Below, piece after piece: positions 9,712 through 19,711 of a DNA stretch of 64,000 bases. This stretch comes from Bacteroidales bacterium (lineage in GTDB: Bacteria; Bacteroidota; Bacteroidia; Bacteroidales; UBA1715): assembly GCA_016714605.1 (NCBI GenBank), contig JADKDL010000049.1, positions 50,288-114,287 of the forward strand, written 5' to 3'. A model generated the notes under the pieces. It was not told where the DNA came from, ran no database searches, and was given only the letters and a program-made list of their open reading frames with translations. The position numbers and the translations under genes were made by a program. Within the stretch, counting starts at the first letter, position 1; every line of letters starts with the position of its first letter.

Positions 9712-9866
9712 CTACAGGTTGGACGGATGGTTATGTTGTGAAATAAATTCTAATGGGTTAATCTCTCCATAAAATCTTTACAAGTAGTATTTTTTATAAA
9801 TAGATTTTGGAACGAAATTAAAGTTTCAAATTGAATTTACATTGAAACTTAATTTACACCCAAAGA

Positions 9867-10370
9867 TTATTTAAAAAGTTGGGTAGCATACGTTTCGTCA
9901 AAAACTATTTCTTTTTTTGTTACATTTTTATCTTTAATTATTTTTATTGAAGTCTTTCTTATAAAAGAAATACCGGTAACTGAATAATTTCCAAACATGT
10001 TTTTTTTATGGCTAGAACTATTTTTCCACGCTTCAAAATATTCAATTGCACTGTTGTAATTATATGCAACGTTTTCAGCTAAAAAACCATATTTTTCAGC
10101 ACGAATATCAAAATCTCTATGATCACAAAAATTCAAAGATGCCATTTGATAAGAATGGAAATAAGCAGCAGTATCTAATTTATAATCTTGTGTTAAAGCC
10201 ACTTTACCTTTCTTTTTACGTTCTCTATTTAATATTACTAGAAATTCAGCCTCCCAATCTTCAAGATGAGTGTAAGTAACATCGGCTTCATTTGTAAGAT
10301 AAGTTAACTCTATGGAGTAATTATTATTAAAAGAAAATATTAAGAGGATAGTTACAATAATCAACTTCAT
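9867..10370 (-). CDS. Secreted CAP/SCP/PR-1 superfamily (YkwD-like) protein
   Basis: Signal peptide MKLIIVTILLIFSF. Pattern LNRERKKKGKVALTQDYKLDTAAYFHSYQMASLNFCDHRD...AENVAYNY.SAIEYFEAWKNSSSHKKNM...VTGIS, typical of the CAP domain (..A..HS..M......H....EN......A...W..S..H..N). Confidence 0.6.
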   Translation of the reverse strand: MKLIIVTILLIFSFNNNYSIELTYLTNEADVTYTHLEDWEAEFLVILNRERKKKGKVALTQDYKLDTAAYFHSYQMASLNFCDHRDFDIRAEKYGFLAENVAYNYNSAIEYFEAWKNSSSHKKNMFGNYSVTGISFIRKTSIKIIKDKNVTKKEIVFDETYATQLFK

Positions 10371-10611
10371 ATATTTATTTTTTTTAAGTTATTTTCTGTC
10401 ACCTTAAACATACATTCTAAAAATTTATTTTCCAATTACTATAATTAACTTTTTTGAATATTTGATTCAGTTACAATTTCATGAAAGTTTATAAAATATA
10501 TAACAGCTCTTTAGTTGAACTATATCACTTTTAAATCACAAAAAAAATAGAAAATAGAATCTTAAAAAAAAATCAAAACAGTATATTTACACACCTTAAC
10601 AAAATTATAAG

Positions 10612-11183
10612 ATGGATACATTTTTCGAAACACCTTTATTTTATTATGTAATACTTCCACTACTTATAGCTATAGCAAGAATAGTAGATGTTTCATTAGG
10701 TACGGTAAGAATTATTTTTATTTCTAAAGGCTATAAAAAACTAGCTCCTATTATTGGCTTCTTTGAGGTTCTAATATGGATTATAGCAATTGGAAATGTA
10801 ATGAAAAATTTAGAGAACTGGATTTGCTTCTTTGCTTATGCAGCAGGTTTTGCAACAGGAAACTATGTTGGTATGCTACTAGAGGAAAAATTGGCTCTTG
10901 GATATGAAATGATAAGAGTCATTACGAAAACAAAAGCTGATGAATTGATTGGGGTCTTAAGAAATAAAGGATATGGAACTACTCAAGTTAAAGCAACTAG
11001 GAGCGACGAGAAGTGGCTGTATTATATATAGTTATTAACAGGAAAAGAAGAAAATCAGTAATTGAACAAATAAAAATTTTAAATCCACAAGCATTTTATA
11101 CTATTGAAGATTTACGATTTGTGAACAGAGAATTAGATTTTTTTATCAATAACAAAGAATCTGATAATAAATCTTCACTATAA
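10612..11183 (+). CDS. UPF0316/DUF2179 family membrane protein; frame 1 changes to frame 3 near 11008
   Basis: ARIVDVSLGTVRIIFISKGYKKLAPIIGFFEVLIWIIAIGNVM...YAAGFATGNYVGMLLEEKLALGY, then in frame 3 EVAVLYIVINRKRRKSVIEQIKILNPQAFYTIEDLRFVN. Together these cover the N-terminal membrane part and the C-terminal DUF2179 part of one family. The ORF track stops at 11031. Confidence 0.75.
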
Positions 11184-11226
11184 TTATTTTAAAAGACCCA
11201 TACAATTATCAAAACAAAAAAAACTG

Positions 11227-12742
11227 ATGAATAAAATTATATATACTTTCTCACTATTTATACTTTTTATATTGTACTCTTGTTCAAATACAACCAGCAA
11301 TAATGAAAAAAAAAGATATTGAACAAAATAAAAATATTTTAGAAACACATTACAAAAAGACATTTGAAAAATTACAACTAGAATTAGAAAAGAAAAAAGA
11401 GTTATTAAGAGAATATTTAACTGAAACAAAAAAACAAGCAAACAATTTATCGAAAGATAATAAAATGATTGATTTCTTTAAAATAAAAAATGAATATTAC
11501 TATTTAAAAAAAGATACGGTGTTGCCTGAAAATATTGTAAAAAGTGTAGAGCAACTAAAAAGAGAAATTCAATCATATTATATTATGAACTACATACAAT
11601 TTTATGATATTCTTTTTATTGACACCTTGGGCGAAATATTTTACACTTTAAAAAAGCAAGCAGATTATCAGAAGAATATCTTTAGTTCTGATTTAGACAA
11701 ATATAAAATATCAGAAAAACTAAAGTCAAGACCTTTTGAATCATTTGTTGATTACCAGTTCTATGACATATCAGGAGAAACGTCGGCATTTTTTATAGAA
11801 CCGGTCATAGATAAAGAAAAACAAATTGGTTGGTTTGTATTGCAGCTCACATCAAATAGTATAAATTCAATTCTTACATCTGATGATAATATGGATAAAA
11901 CAGAAGAGACTATTTTAGTAAATAAAGAGCATTATATGCTTACAAACTCGAGATTCTCAATAGATAACACGATATTAACAAAAAAACTATCGAAAGAAAA
12001 TATTGAATCGAAATTTAAAGAGGGAAAAGGAGAAAAAATAGTTATTGATTATCGAGACAAAGAGGTATTAAGCGTATTTGAAGTAATAAAATTTTTCGAC
12101 TCTGAATGGCTACTTATTTCAAAAATTGATAAAAATGAGGTTCTTTCAGGATTTTATGCAGAAAATAAAAATTATTTATTCAATATACTAGAAAACGAAT
12201 TATCTAAAAACAAAACAATATCATTAACTCATATTAAAAATAAAGATTCCGTTATATCTGTAAATATGGATGAATACAAAAGAATAGATACAACAGAAAT
12301 AATTTTCACCCAAGGTGTTTCAACGTGTACAGCTATTGCAATTGTTTTACCAGGAAAGTTTGCATACTTGGCTCATATTAGTCCGTTTGATGCAATATAT
12401 AAAGATAAAAAAACAGATATAATAAAAGATTTACTTAAAAAAATATCCTACTTTGAAATAACGGAATCGCAAAAAGAATTGCTGGAATTTAAGATTATGT
12501 CAACAAAGACGTATTCGCTTGAATTACTTATAGATAAACTTATTACAAATGGATATAATTTGAATCAAATAAAAATACTGATAAACAATAAGTCTGACTT
12601 TGGAAATATATATAGTAATCTAAAAACGAATCAAACTTATGTGAACTGGAGAACAATAAATAACCATACAGACATTTCAAGTCAAGACTTCAAAGATGCT
12701 GAAAATTTAGAGACTATTTTAATGAATAATTGCATGAACTAA
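11227..12742 (+). CDS. Lipoprotein with a Cache-like sensor domain and a C-terminal CheD-like (Thr/Cys/His) domain; frame changes in the A9 run 11306-11314
   Basis: ATG 11227 gives MNKIIYTFSLFILFILYSC (lipobox LYS-C), which joins the ORF-track protein through the A9 run. Cache-like text: DTLGEIFYTL...FVDYQFYDISGETSAFFIEPVIDKEKQIGWFVLQL...DKTEETILVNKEHYMLTNSRF...IDYRDKEVLSVFEVIKFFDSEWLLISKIDKNEV. C-terminal text: IIFTQGVSTCTAIAIVLPGKFAYLAHISP...LEFKIMS...LITNGYNL. Confidence 0.6.
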
Positions 12743-12808
12743 TTTTCAAAACGCCATTCAAAACAATGAATTCATTGCATTTTAAAGCAATAAACAAACG
12801 TAATTAAG

Positions 12809-13459
12809 CTAAGCTTTTTTTAGTTGTTCTATGGCAATTAACGGATTATCTGCACTAAATACAGCACTTCCGGCAACAAGACAATCAACTCCGGCAGCAA
12901 CTATATCAGCAGCGTTATGAATATCTACTCCCCCGTCAAGTTGAATAATTGTTTCTGCATTTTTTTCTACAATCATCGCTTTCAACTTCTCTATTTTTTC
13001 AATTGTTGAAGTGATAAATTTCTGACCACCAAACCCAGGATTTACAGACATTAACAAAATCATATCAGCAAAATCTAATATTTCTTCTAATTGAACTATA
13101 GAAGTATGTGGATTTACAGCAACACCTGCCTTCATTCCTAAATCTTTAATTTCTTGAATGGTTCTATGCAAATGCGGACAGGCCTCTATATGAACGGTAA
13201 GAACATCAGCTCCGGCGTCCATAAAACTTTTAAGATAACGCTCCGGATTTACAATCATCAAATGAACATCGAGTGGCTTGGTTGCAATTTTTCTAATTTG
13301 CTTAATTATTGGAAATCCAAATGTAATATTTGGTACAAAAACCCCATCCATAACATCTATATGAAACCAATCTGCTTGACTTTCATTAAGCATTTCTATG
13401 TCTTTTTGCAAGTTTAAAAAATCTGCCGATAATATTGAGGGTGAAACTAACTGAGCCAT
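12809..13459 (-). CDS. rpe: Ribulose-phosphate 3-epimerase
   Basis: PSILSADFLNLQKDIEML..ADWFHIDVMDGVFVPNITFG...DVHLM...TVH.E...GVAVNP...MSVNPGFGGQKF; full length, 216 aa. Confidence 0.95.
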   Translation of the reverse strand: MAQLVSPSILSADFLNLQKDIEMLNESQADWFHIDVMDGVFVPNITFGFPIIKQIRKIATKPLDVHLMIVNPERYLKSFMDAGADVLTVHIEACPHLHRTIQEIKDLGMKAGVAVNPHTSIVQLEEILDFADMILLMSVNPGFGGQKFITSTIEKIEKLKAMIVEKNAETIIQLDGGVDIHNAADIVAAGVDCLVAGSAVFSADNPLIAIEQLKKA

Positions 13460-13483
13460 AACGTAGTTTTATTTTTTATATAA

Positions 13484-14029
13484 TTATTCAAATACTAAAT
13501 CTCCGTCTTCAAATTTATGATACTTATTCGATAATATTGCAAGTAAATTACTGAATGATTTCATTGCAATCTGCGTAGATTCTGAAATCTGTTGTTTTTT
13601 CATTTTCATGAGCATCATTCCATATAAGCCAACAAAACATGCTTCTATTTCATTCTTAACTTGACCACCGGAGCGATTCGCAATTTCTGAAATATTTGGT
13701 ATTGCCTCATTAAACAACTCATTATATTTGAGTTCATTTGGTTGCTGTAGAAGTTTAATATTCAAATCAGAAAGATCTTGTATCAAACTACTTATATGCA
13801 ATAAATGACCTTGTTCGGTAACTTTTTCAGCTATCATTCCATCTACAAAAGTCTTATACCATTCTCTTATATCATTCTTTTGTGAATCAGAAACATCATA
13901 ACTAGATATTATTTTTTCTTCAATAATATCCATATCAAAAGAGACAGACCTAAGTACATCTTCAAGTTGCCACATATATAAAATATACTCAGCAATATTT
14001 TCTTTTTTTAATCTTTTAGCAATAATCAT
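13484..14029 (-). CDS. DUF4924 family protein
   Basis: N-terminal MIIAKRLKKENIAEYILYMWQLEDVLR and ...EIEACFVGLYGMMLMKMKKQQIS match my recollection of the Bacteroidota DUF4924 family. Confidence 0.6.
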   Translation of the reverse strand: MIIAKRLKKENIAEYILYMWQLEDVLRSVSFDMDIIEEKIISSYDVSDSQKNDIREWYKTFVDGMIAEKVTEQGHLLHISSLIQDLSDLNIKLLQQPNELKYNELFNEAIPNISEIANRSGGQVKNEIEACFVGLYGMMLMKMKKQQISESTQIAMKSFSNLLAILSNKYHKFEDGDLVFE

Positions 14030-14081
14030 CTAGGTCTAAAAATAGTTATGCAAAATTAGACATATATTGTGAATAAAAAAC

Positions 14082-14477
14082 TCAATTTTCAAGATATCCG
14101 AATTGTTCCAAATCTCTTCTATCTTTTTTGCTTGGTCTACCCATTCCCGGATCTCTTACTACCGTTTTCACCATTCTTTGAGCCCGTGCTTTATCAATCT
14201 CTTCTTGAGACGTAATATTCTCAACATACTCTTCAACTACTTTAGCAGACTGTCTTTTAGCTAGGAAACCCTTAACTCTATATTGTTTAATCATCTCGGG
14301 AGTTTTAACACTTACAATATCATCCAATTTAAGCACTCTTGAAGGTTTCACTGAATTTCCATCAATACTAATTTGATTTTTCTTACAAGCCTCTGTTGCT
14401 AAAGTTCGTGTTTTGAATATTCTTACCGCCCACAGCCACTTATCTATTCGAATATTATCTTCGGTTAATTTTTCCAC
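14082..14477 (-). CDS. hslR: S4-domain RNA-binding protein (Hsp15/HslR-like)
   Basis: IRIDKWLWAVRIFKTRTLATEACKKNQISIDGNSVKPSRVLKLDDIVSVK is an S4 domain, followed by a basic C-terminal tail. Confidence 0.7.
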   Translation of the reverse strand: MEKLTEDNIRIDKWLWAVRIFKTRTLATEACKKNQISIDGNSVKPSRVLKLDDIVSVKTPEMIKQYRVKGFLAKRQSAKVVEEYVENITSQEEIDKARAQRMVKTVVRDPGMGRPSKKDRRDLEQFGYLEN

Positions 14478-14720
14478 AGATGTTTTTTTTACAAAATTAA
14501 TGATTCTTTGTAAATTTCATAAATTATAGTATGTTTGTTCGACGCTAATTTTGTAATTTAGAAGACAAAACAGAATTCTTTTATTTAAAATGAAAGATAT
14601 TTTCCAAATTAAGAAAAATTAAATATTTGTTTTATCAATTAAACATTCATTACAATTAGGATAATTGAATGAAATAGATTTACAAATTTACTCATTTTCA
14701 AATTCTCAAAATATTTATAT

Positions 14721-17147
14721 ATGAAATTAATCATCTTTTTATCGGTTACGATTGTTCTTATTCAATCTGCTTTTGCACAAACTGAAGATTACAATGAAAA
14801 AAATAGAATTCAACTTTATTCAGACCCAATTTCAGTAGAAGCTTTTGATAAAGAATTACTTAAAGATGCTATTTTATTTGAACTGAACAATGAAATCATT
14901 TTAATTGATAAAGACTCTTATGAGGTTATAAGTACCTTGTCTAGTGCTGCTCAAGATTTTGCAAAATATATGTCGGAAAATGATATAACCAAACCCGAAC
15001 AAGCAACTGGAAATATTTCATTAACCAATAGATTAGTAAAATACAATGGAGCTAATAATCAGGCTTTTGAATTTACAGCAAAGGCAACAATTCAAAAAGG
15101 GAAAGATACAATTACATACATACAAATAGCAAAAGAAGTTGTTTTCAATTGGTTTAACAGCAAAATTGCCGACGATATAAAAAGTTTAAAATATAGATTT
15201 ATAGGCATTGGCATTGAAACAAGTATTGATAATAAAAAATGTTTTATTGATGCGATCATAGGGAACTACAGTACTTTAAATAATGGAACTCATAGAATTG
15301 CAACATTCCCATTTAAAATTAATATTACAAATATGAAGCTCATAGCTTACGATGAGAAAATTTGTAAAAAATGCGATAAATACCCGAACATTCAAGATCT
15401 ACAAGCAAATTTGAAAGTAGATGAAAATAATGACATTTGGTTTGAAACCGACCAATGGAAAACGGTAGGCAAACTTTTCAAACTACCTACTGATGCTTTA
15501 GGTGTTGACATTGTTTTATGGGAACAATACCCTTGTATTGGTGAAAATGTGGTAGATAATAATATATTCAGCAAAGGCATTACAACCAAACCTGTTTATC
15601 AAAAAAAATTCATAAAACTCAATCAGTTCCAAGGTAATGAAGCAAAATCAAAATTCAAGATTAAACTTGGAATTATTCCTGAAAATGTAAAAAATTATGA
15701 ATTAAATCTAATAATAATTCAAGACAAACACTTCTGCAAAAACATAAGAAGTGCATATTTAAAAACAGGAGAAGTAGATACTAAATCTAAATGTTCAATT
15801 ATTGGCGACACGCTATCGTTTTTCAATAAATTCACCTACCAACCCAAACCTGATACTGCACATTTCTCATTTAAAATACCTTTTGAATTAGGCAAGTCTA
15901 ATTACAATCAAGACGATTTAAAACCATTTATAGAAGCATTAAACGAACCGGCATTCAACCCAATAAACATAAAAATATCGGCATATTCATCAATTGAAGG
16001 TGAAGAGGAGACAAATGAAAAATTAAGAAATAATAGAGCAGAAAGTATTATCAGTTCTTTAAGTACCTTGAATCAGTCTGATAGTATTGCAACAGAAGTA
16101 TTAACTGCCGATACTTGGGAATTATTTTTGGAAGATATAAAAGGAACAGAATTTGAAAAATTTAGCACACTCGACAAAGAAGCTATAAGAAAAGAAATAA
16201 ACAAACCAGCAAACATTAAAAAACTAGAGCCTATTTTTGAAAAACATAGATACGCAGAGGTCGAAATGTTGGCGGTATATGATTTATCTGACCCCAAGAA
16301 TGAAGAGATTTTTGTTCTTAAAAAATTTCAAGAAGCTCTTGATACCGGAAATTTATCGAAATCACTTAGTATTCAGAAATTTATGATTGCAAATGTAAGA
16401 CAAAATAAATATAGCATGTCTTGCATTGAAAAAATGCAAATACCAAGAGATTCAGCAAAATTTGCAGGTATGCAAATGAATAAACTCTGGTTGGAATATA
16501 CTCATACAAAAACTAAAATAGATTCTGCTTTTTGGAAAGAAGTAAAACGATTAGATACCTTAGATATTGATAATGATTATATTAAATACAATAAAATTTA
16601 CGCAGATATATCTCTTTCTGAATTTACCACAGAACAAGAAATAGATAAAATACAATTAGAAATAGACAAACTGCTAACAAAAACACTTAATAAACAACTA
16701 CTAGACGCATTGAATCTTGAATTGCAACTTAAAGCATTACGTTCAATAAATCAAGAACTTAAAACTAACGACAACACAAAATTCATACAGTCTAAACTTG
16801 CAAAAATTAAAGAAATAGTTAACTTCAATAACAAAGACAGTAAAGAAGCCCTAAACTTAGCATATTTATTTATAAACATGGGAGACTACAACTATGCTCT
16901 TGATTTACTAACACCGATAATGAGAAGTAGAAACCTTTCGGAGGAGCTTATATTCACATACTTATCGCTTTGCTCTTACTCAGAATATATGCACCAAACA
17001 GAATTCTATAATGAAATTTTGGAGAAAGCGATTAAAATAAACAAAATTGAAGTTTGTAATCTTTTCAAAGAAGGAAAACTTAGTTATCAATTGTTTGAAA
17101 ATCCAAAAGTTAAAAAGTTATATTGTACTGAATGTGAAACTCAATAA
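14721..17147 (+). CDS. Large secreted hypothetical protein (808 aa) with an N-terminal CAP-like region, an OmpA-like motif and a helical-repeat C-terminus
   Basis: Signal peptide MKLIIFLSVTIVLIQSAFAQ. CAP-like AAQDFAKYMSENDIT...VVFNWFNSK...FIGIGIE. OmpA-like ISAYSSIEGEEETNEKLRNNRAESIISSL. TPR-like LAYLFINMGDYNYALDLL. Confidence 0.45.
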   Translation: MKLIIFLSVTIVLIQSAFAQTEDYNEKNRIQLYSDPISVEAFDKELLKDAILFELNNEIILIDKDSYEVISTLSSAAQDFAKYMSENDITKPEQATGNISLTNRLVKYNGANNQAFEFTAKATIQKGKDTITYIQIAKEVVFNWFNSKIADDIKSLKYRFIGIGIETSIDNKKCFIDAIIGNYSTLNNGTHRIATFPFKINITNMKLIAYDEKICKKCDKYPNIQDLQANLKVDENNDIWFETDQWKTVGKLFKLPTDALGVDIVLWEQYPCIGENVVDNNIFSKGITTKPVYQKKFIKLNQFQGNEAKSKFKIKLGIIPENVKNYELNLIIIQDKHFCKNIRSAYLKTGEVDTKSKCSIIGDTLSFFNKFTYQPKPDTAHFSFKIPFELGKSNYNQDDLKPFIEALNEPAFNPINIKISAYSSIEGEEETNEKLRNNRAESIISSLSTLNQSDSIATEVLTADTWELFLEDIKGTEFEKFSTLDKEAIRKEINKPANIKKLEPIFEKHRYAEVEMLAVYDLSDPKNEEIFVLKKFQEALDTGNLSKSLSIQKFMIANVRQNKYSMSCIEKMQIPRDSAKFAGMQMNKLWLEYTHTKTKIDSAFWKEVKRLDTLDIDNDYIKYNKIYADISLSEFTTEQEIDKIQLEIDKLLTKTLNKQLLDALNLELQLKALRSINQELKTNDNTKFIQSKLAKIKEIVNFNNKDSKEALNLAYLFINMGDYNYALDLLTPIMRSRNLSEELIFTYLSLCSYSEYMHQTEFYNEILEKAIKINKIEVCNLFKEGKLSYQLFENPKVKKLYCTECETQ

Positions 17148-17171
17148 TTTATAGCATTAGAGTAAAATAAT

Positions 17172-17211
17172 AAACCCGATAAATATTTGGTTAAACAAAT
17201 TTATCGGGTTT
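17172..17211. terminator. Bidirectional terminator between the 808-aa gene and guaA
   Basis: A perfect 13-bp stem, AAACCCGATAAAT (17172-17184) with ATTTATCGGGTTT (17199-17211), flanked by A/T runs. Confidence 0.7.
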
Positions 17212-17229
17212 ATTTTAAAATTTAATATC

Positions 17230-18759
17230 CTACTCCCATTCAATTGTTGCAGGAGGTTTAGAGCTTATATCATATACAACCCTGTTTACACCTTTTACTT
17301 TGTTGATAATATCATTTGATATTTTAGCTAAAAAAGTATACGGTAAGTGAACCCAATCGGCAGTCATACCATCGGTAGATGCTACTGCTCTTAAAGCCAC
17401 CACACTTTCATAGGTACGTTCATCGCCCATAACACCAACAGACTGAACCGGCAACAGCATTACTCCTGCTTGCCAAACACTATCATAAAGACCAGCTTCT
17501 TTTAAGCCTTCTATAAAAATAGCATCACAATCTTGCAATATTTTTACTTTTTCGTCAGTAACTTCACCCAAAATTCTTATGCCTAAACCAGGTCCAGGAA
17601 ATGGATGTCTTCCTAAAATGGTTTGAGATATTCCCAATGTTTTACCAACCCTACGTACTTCATCTTTAAAAAGCAAACGTAATGGTTCAATAATTTTCAG
17701 ATTCATCTTCTCAGGTAATCCACCCACGTTATGGTGCGATTTTATAGTTGCAGAAGGTCCATTTACAGAGATAGACTCAATAATATCAGGGTAGATAGTA
17801 CCTTGTCCAAGCCATTTAATATTTTTAAGCTTTTGAGCTTCAATATCAAAGACATCAATAAATTTTCCGCCTATTGCTTTACGTTTTAGTTCAGGATCTG
17901 TTAAACCTTTAAGTTCATCCAGAAACATTTTTCCGGCTTCTACGCCTATAACATTCAATCCCATACCTTTATAAGCATCTAAAACCTGATTGAACTCATT
18001 TTTGCGAAGTAATCCGTTATCAACAAAAATACAAATTAGATTTTCTCCTATTGCCTTATGCAGTAATACAGCAGCTACTGTTGAATCTACCCCTCCTGAC
18101 AATCCTAAAACAACTCTATCAGAACCTAATTTAGATTTAAGTTCTGCTACGGTAGAATCGATAAACGAATCGGGAGTCCAATCTTGACGACAACCACAAA
18201 TAGTAACCACAAAATTCTGCAATAGGGTTTTTCCATCAGTTGAATGATACACTTCCGGATGAAATTGAATACCCCAAGTTCGCTCATTTTCAATTTGATA
18301 AGCAGCTACTTTCACCTCATGGGTGCTCGCAATTACTTGAAAATGATCTGGAATCTCGGTTATTGTATCACCATGCGACATCCATACTTGAGAATCATGA
18401 GGAATTGCAGAAATAAGTTCATTGTTTTGATCTACAAACTTAAGGTGAGCTCTACCATATTCGCGAGTTTTAGAGGCTTTTACCTCACCACCACTTTTCT
18501 TTGCTATATACTGAGCTCCATAACAAACACCTAAAACAGGTATTTTCTTCTGAAAAGAATTAATATCAGGGTAAGGAGCATTTGAATCATTTACCGAAAA
18601 AGGGCTTCCTGATAATATCACACCTTTTACATACTGGTCTATTTCAGGAATTTTATTAAAGGGATGTATTTCACAATAGACATTAAGCTCGCGTATTCTT
18701 CTGGCTATCAACTGAGTATACTGTGAGCCAAAATCCAGAATTAAAATTTTTTCTATCAT
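17230..18759 (-). CDS. guaA: GMP synthase (glutamine-hydrolysing)
   Basis: [20 protein letters not shown]...GVCYGAQ...SGGVDS...ends PPATIEWE; full length, 509 aa. Confidence 0.97.
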   Translation of the reverse strand: MIEKILILDFGSQYTQLIARRIRELNVYCEIHPFNKIPEIDQYVKGVILSGSPFSVNDSNAPYPDINSFQKKIPVLGVCYGAQYIAKKSGGEVKASKTREYGRAHLKFVDQNNELISAIPHDSQVWMSHGDTITEIPDHFQVIASTHEVKVAAYQIENERTWGIQFHPEVYHSTDGKTLLQNFVVTICGCRQDWTPDSFIDSTVAELKSKLGSDRVVLGLSGGVDSTVAAVLLHKAIGENLICIFVDNGLLRKNEFNQVLDAYKGMGLNVIGVEAGKMFLDELKGLTDPELKRKAIGGKFIDVFDIEAQKLKNIKWLGQGTIYPDIIESISVNGPSATIKSHHNVGGLPEKMNLKIIEPLRLLFKDEVRRVGKTLGISQTILGRHPFPGPGLGIRILGEVTDEKVKILQDCDAIFIEGLKEAGLYDSVWQAGVMLLPVQSVGVMGDERTYESVVALRAVASTDGMTADWVHLPYTFLAKISNDIINKVKGVNRVVYDISSKPPATIEWE

Positions 18760-18939
18760 TTAACTTTTTTTAGTAAGGATTACACTTTTAAGGCTACAAA
18801 GATATAATATATTAGGTAAGGTAATCTACTCAATTTGCAGCATAATAAAATTATTTTTAATGCTAATGGAATAGCGTAGATTAAGTAAGTAAAAAATTAT
18901 AAATTCACATATAATATAAATAGTAAAAAAAGTTAGAAT

Positions 18940-19569
18940 ATGTCAGTATTAGTAGGTAAAAAAGCTCCGTTATTTAATTCAACAGCTGTAGTAAAAGGTG
19001 GTGAAATTGTAGAAAATTTCACATTAGACCAGTTTAAAGGAAAATATGTAGTATTATTTTTCTATCCATTAGATTTTACATTTGTATGTCCTACAGAATT
19101 GCTTGAATTTCAGGACAAATTAAAAGAATTTGAAGCAAGAAAAGTTCAAGTAATTGGTGTTTCTGTTGATTCACAATTCTCTCATTGGAAATGGCTTCAA
19201 ACTCCAATTAATGAGGGTGGTATAAAAGGTGTAACCTATCCGCTTGTTGCCGATTTATCAAAATCAATCGCTGAAAATTACGGTGTATTGGCAGGTGAAT
19301 GGGAATACAACGAAGATGGTGATGCTGAATTTACAGGTGCTGCCGTTGCATACAGAGGTACTTTTCTTATTGATAAAGAAGGTATTGTGAGACATCAGGT
19401 TGTAAACGATTTACCACTTGGAAGAAATATAGATGAGACAATAAGAATGGTAGATGCATTGCAATATTTTGAAGAGAATGGTGAAGTTTGTCCTGCCGGA
19501 TGGAGCAAAGGAAAAAAAGGAATGAAAGCTACTCAAGATGGCGTAGCAGATTATTTATCAAAGAGATAG
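18940..19569 (+). CDS. Typical 2-Cys peroxiredoxin (AhpC/Prx1 family)
   Basis: FFYPLDFTFVCPTE (peroxidatic Cys) and GEVCPAGW (resolving Cys). Confidence 0.9.
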   Translation: MSVLVGKKAPLFNSTAVVKGGEIVENFTLDQFKGKYVVLFFYPLDFTFVCPTELLEFQDKLKEFEARKVQVIGVSVDSQFSHWKWLQTPINEGGIKGVTYPLVADLSKSIAENYGVLAGEWEYNEDGDAEFTGAAVAYRGTFLIDKEGIVRHQVVNDLPLGRNIDETIRMVDALQYFEENGEVCPAGWSKGKKGMKATQDGVADYLSKR

Positions 19570-19680
19570 AATAATTAACCGGTAACATATAATCATAAGA
19601 AAATTACTGTTCTCAATAATAACATTTATTTATTAGTTTAATTGCTTGATTTTTTTTTGGTTTGATATGTTGTTGTTTTA

Positions 19681-19711
19681 GGTAGTCGGAAGAGTTTCCG
19701 GCTACCTTTTT
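19681..19711 (+). terminator. Terminator after the peroxiredoxin gene
   Basis: GGTAGTCGG (19681-19689) pairs with CCGGCTACC (19698-19706) with one G-U pair, followed by TTTTT. It abuts the stop of ispE on the other strand. Confidence 0.55.

Noticed and set aside
12755-12790. 14-bp palindrome CAATGAATTCATTG (contains an EcoRI site) between the Cache gene and rpe
   Set aside because: It has no loop and no T-run and occurs only once. It may act as a weak terminator or operator, but nothing supports a specific call.
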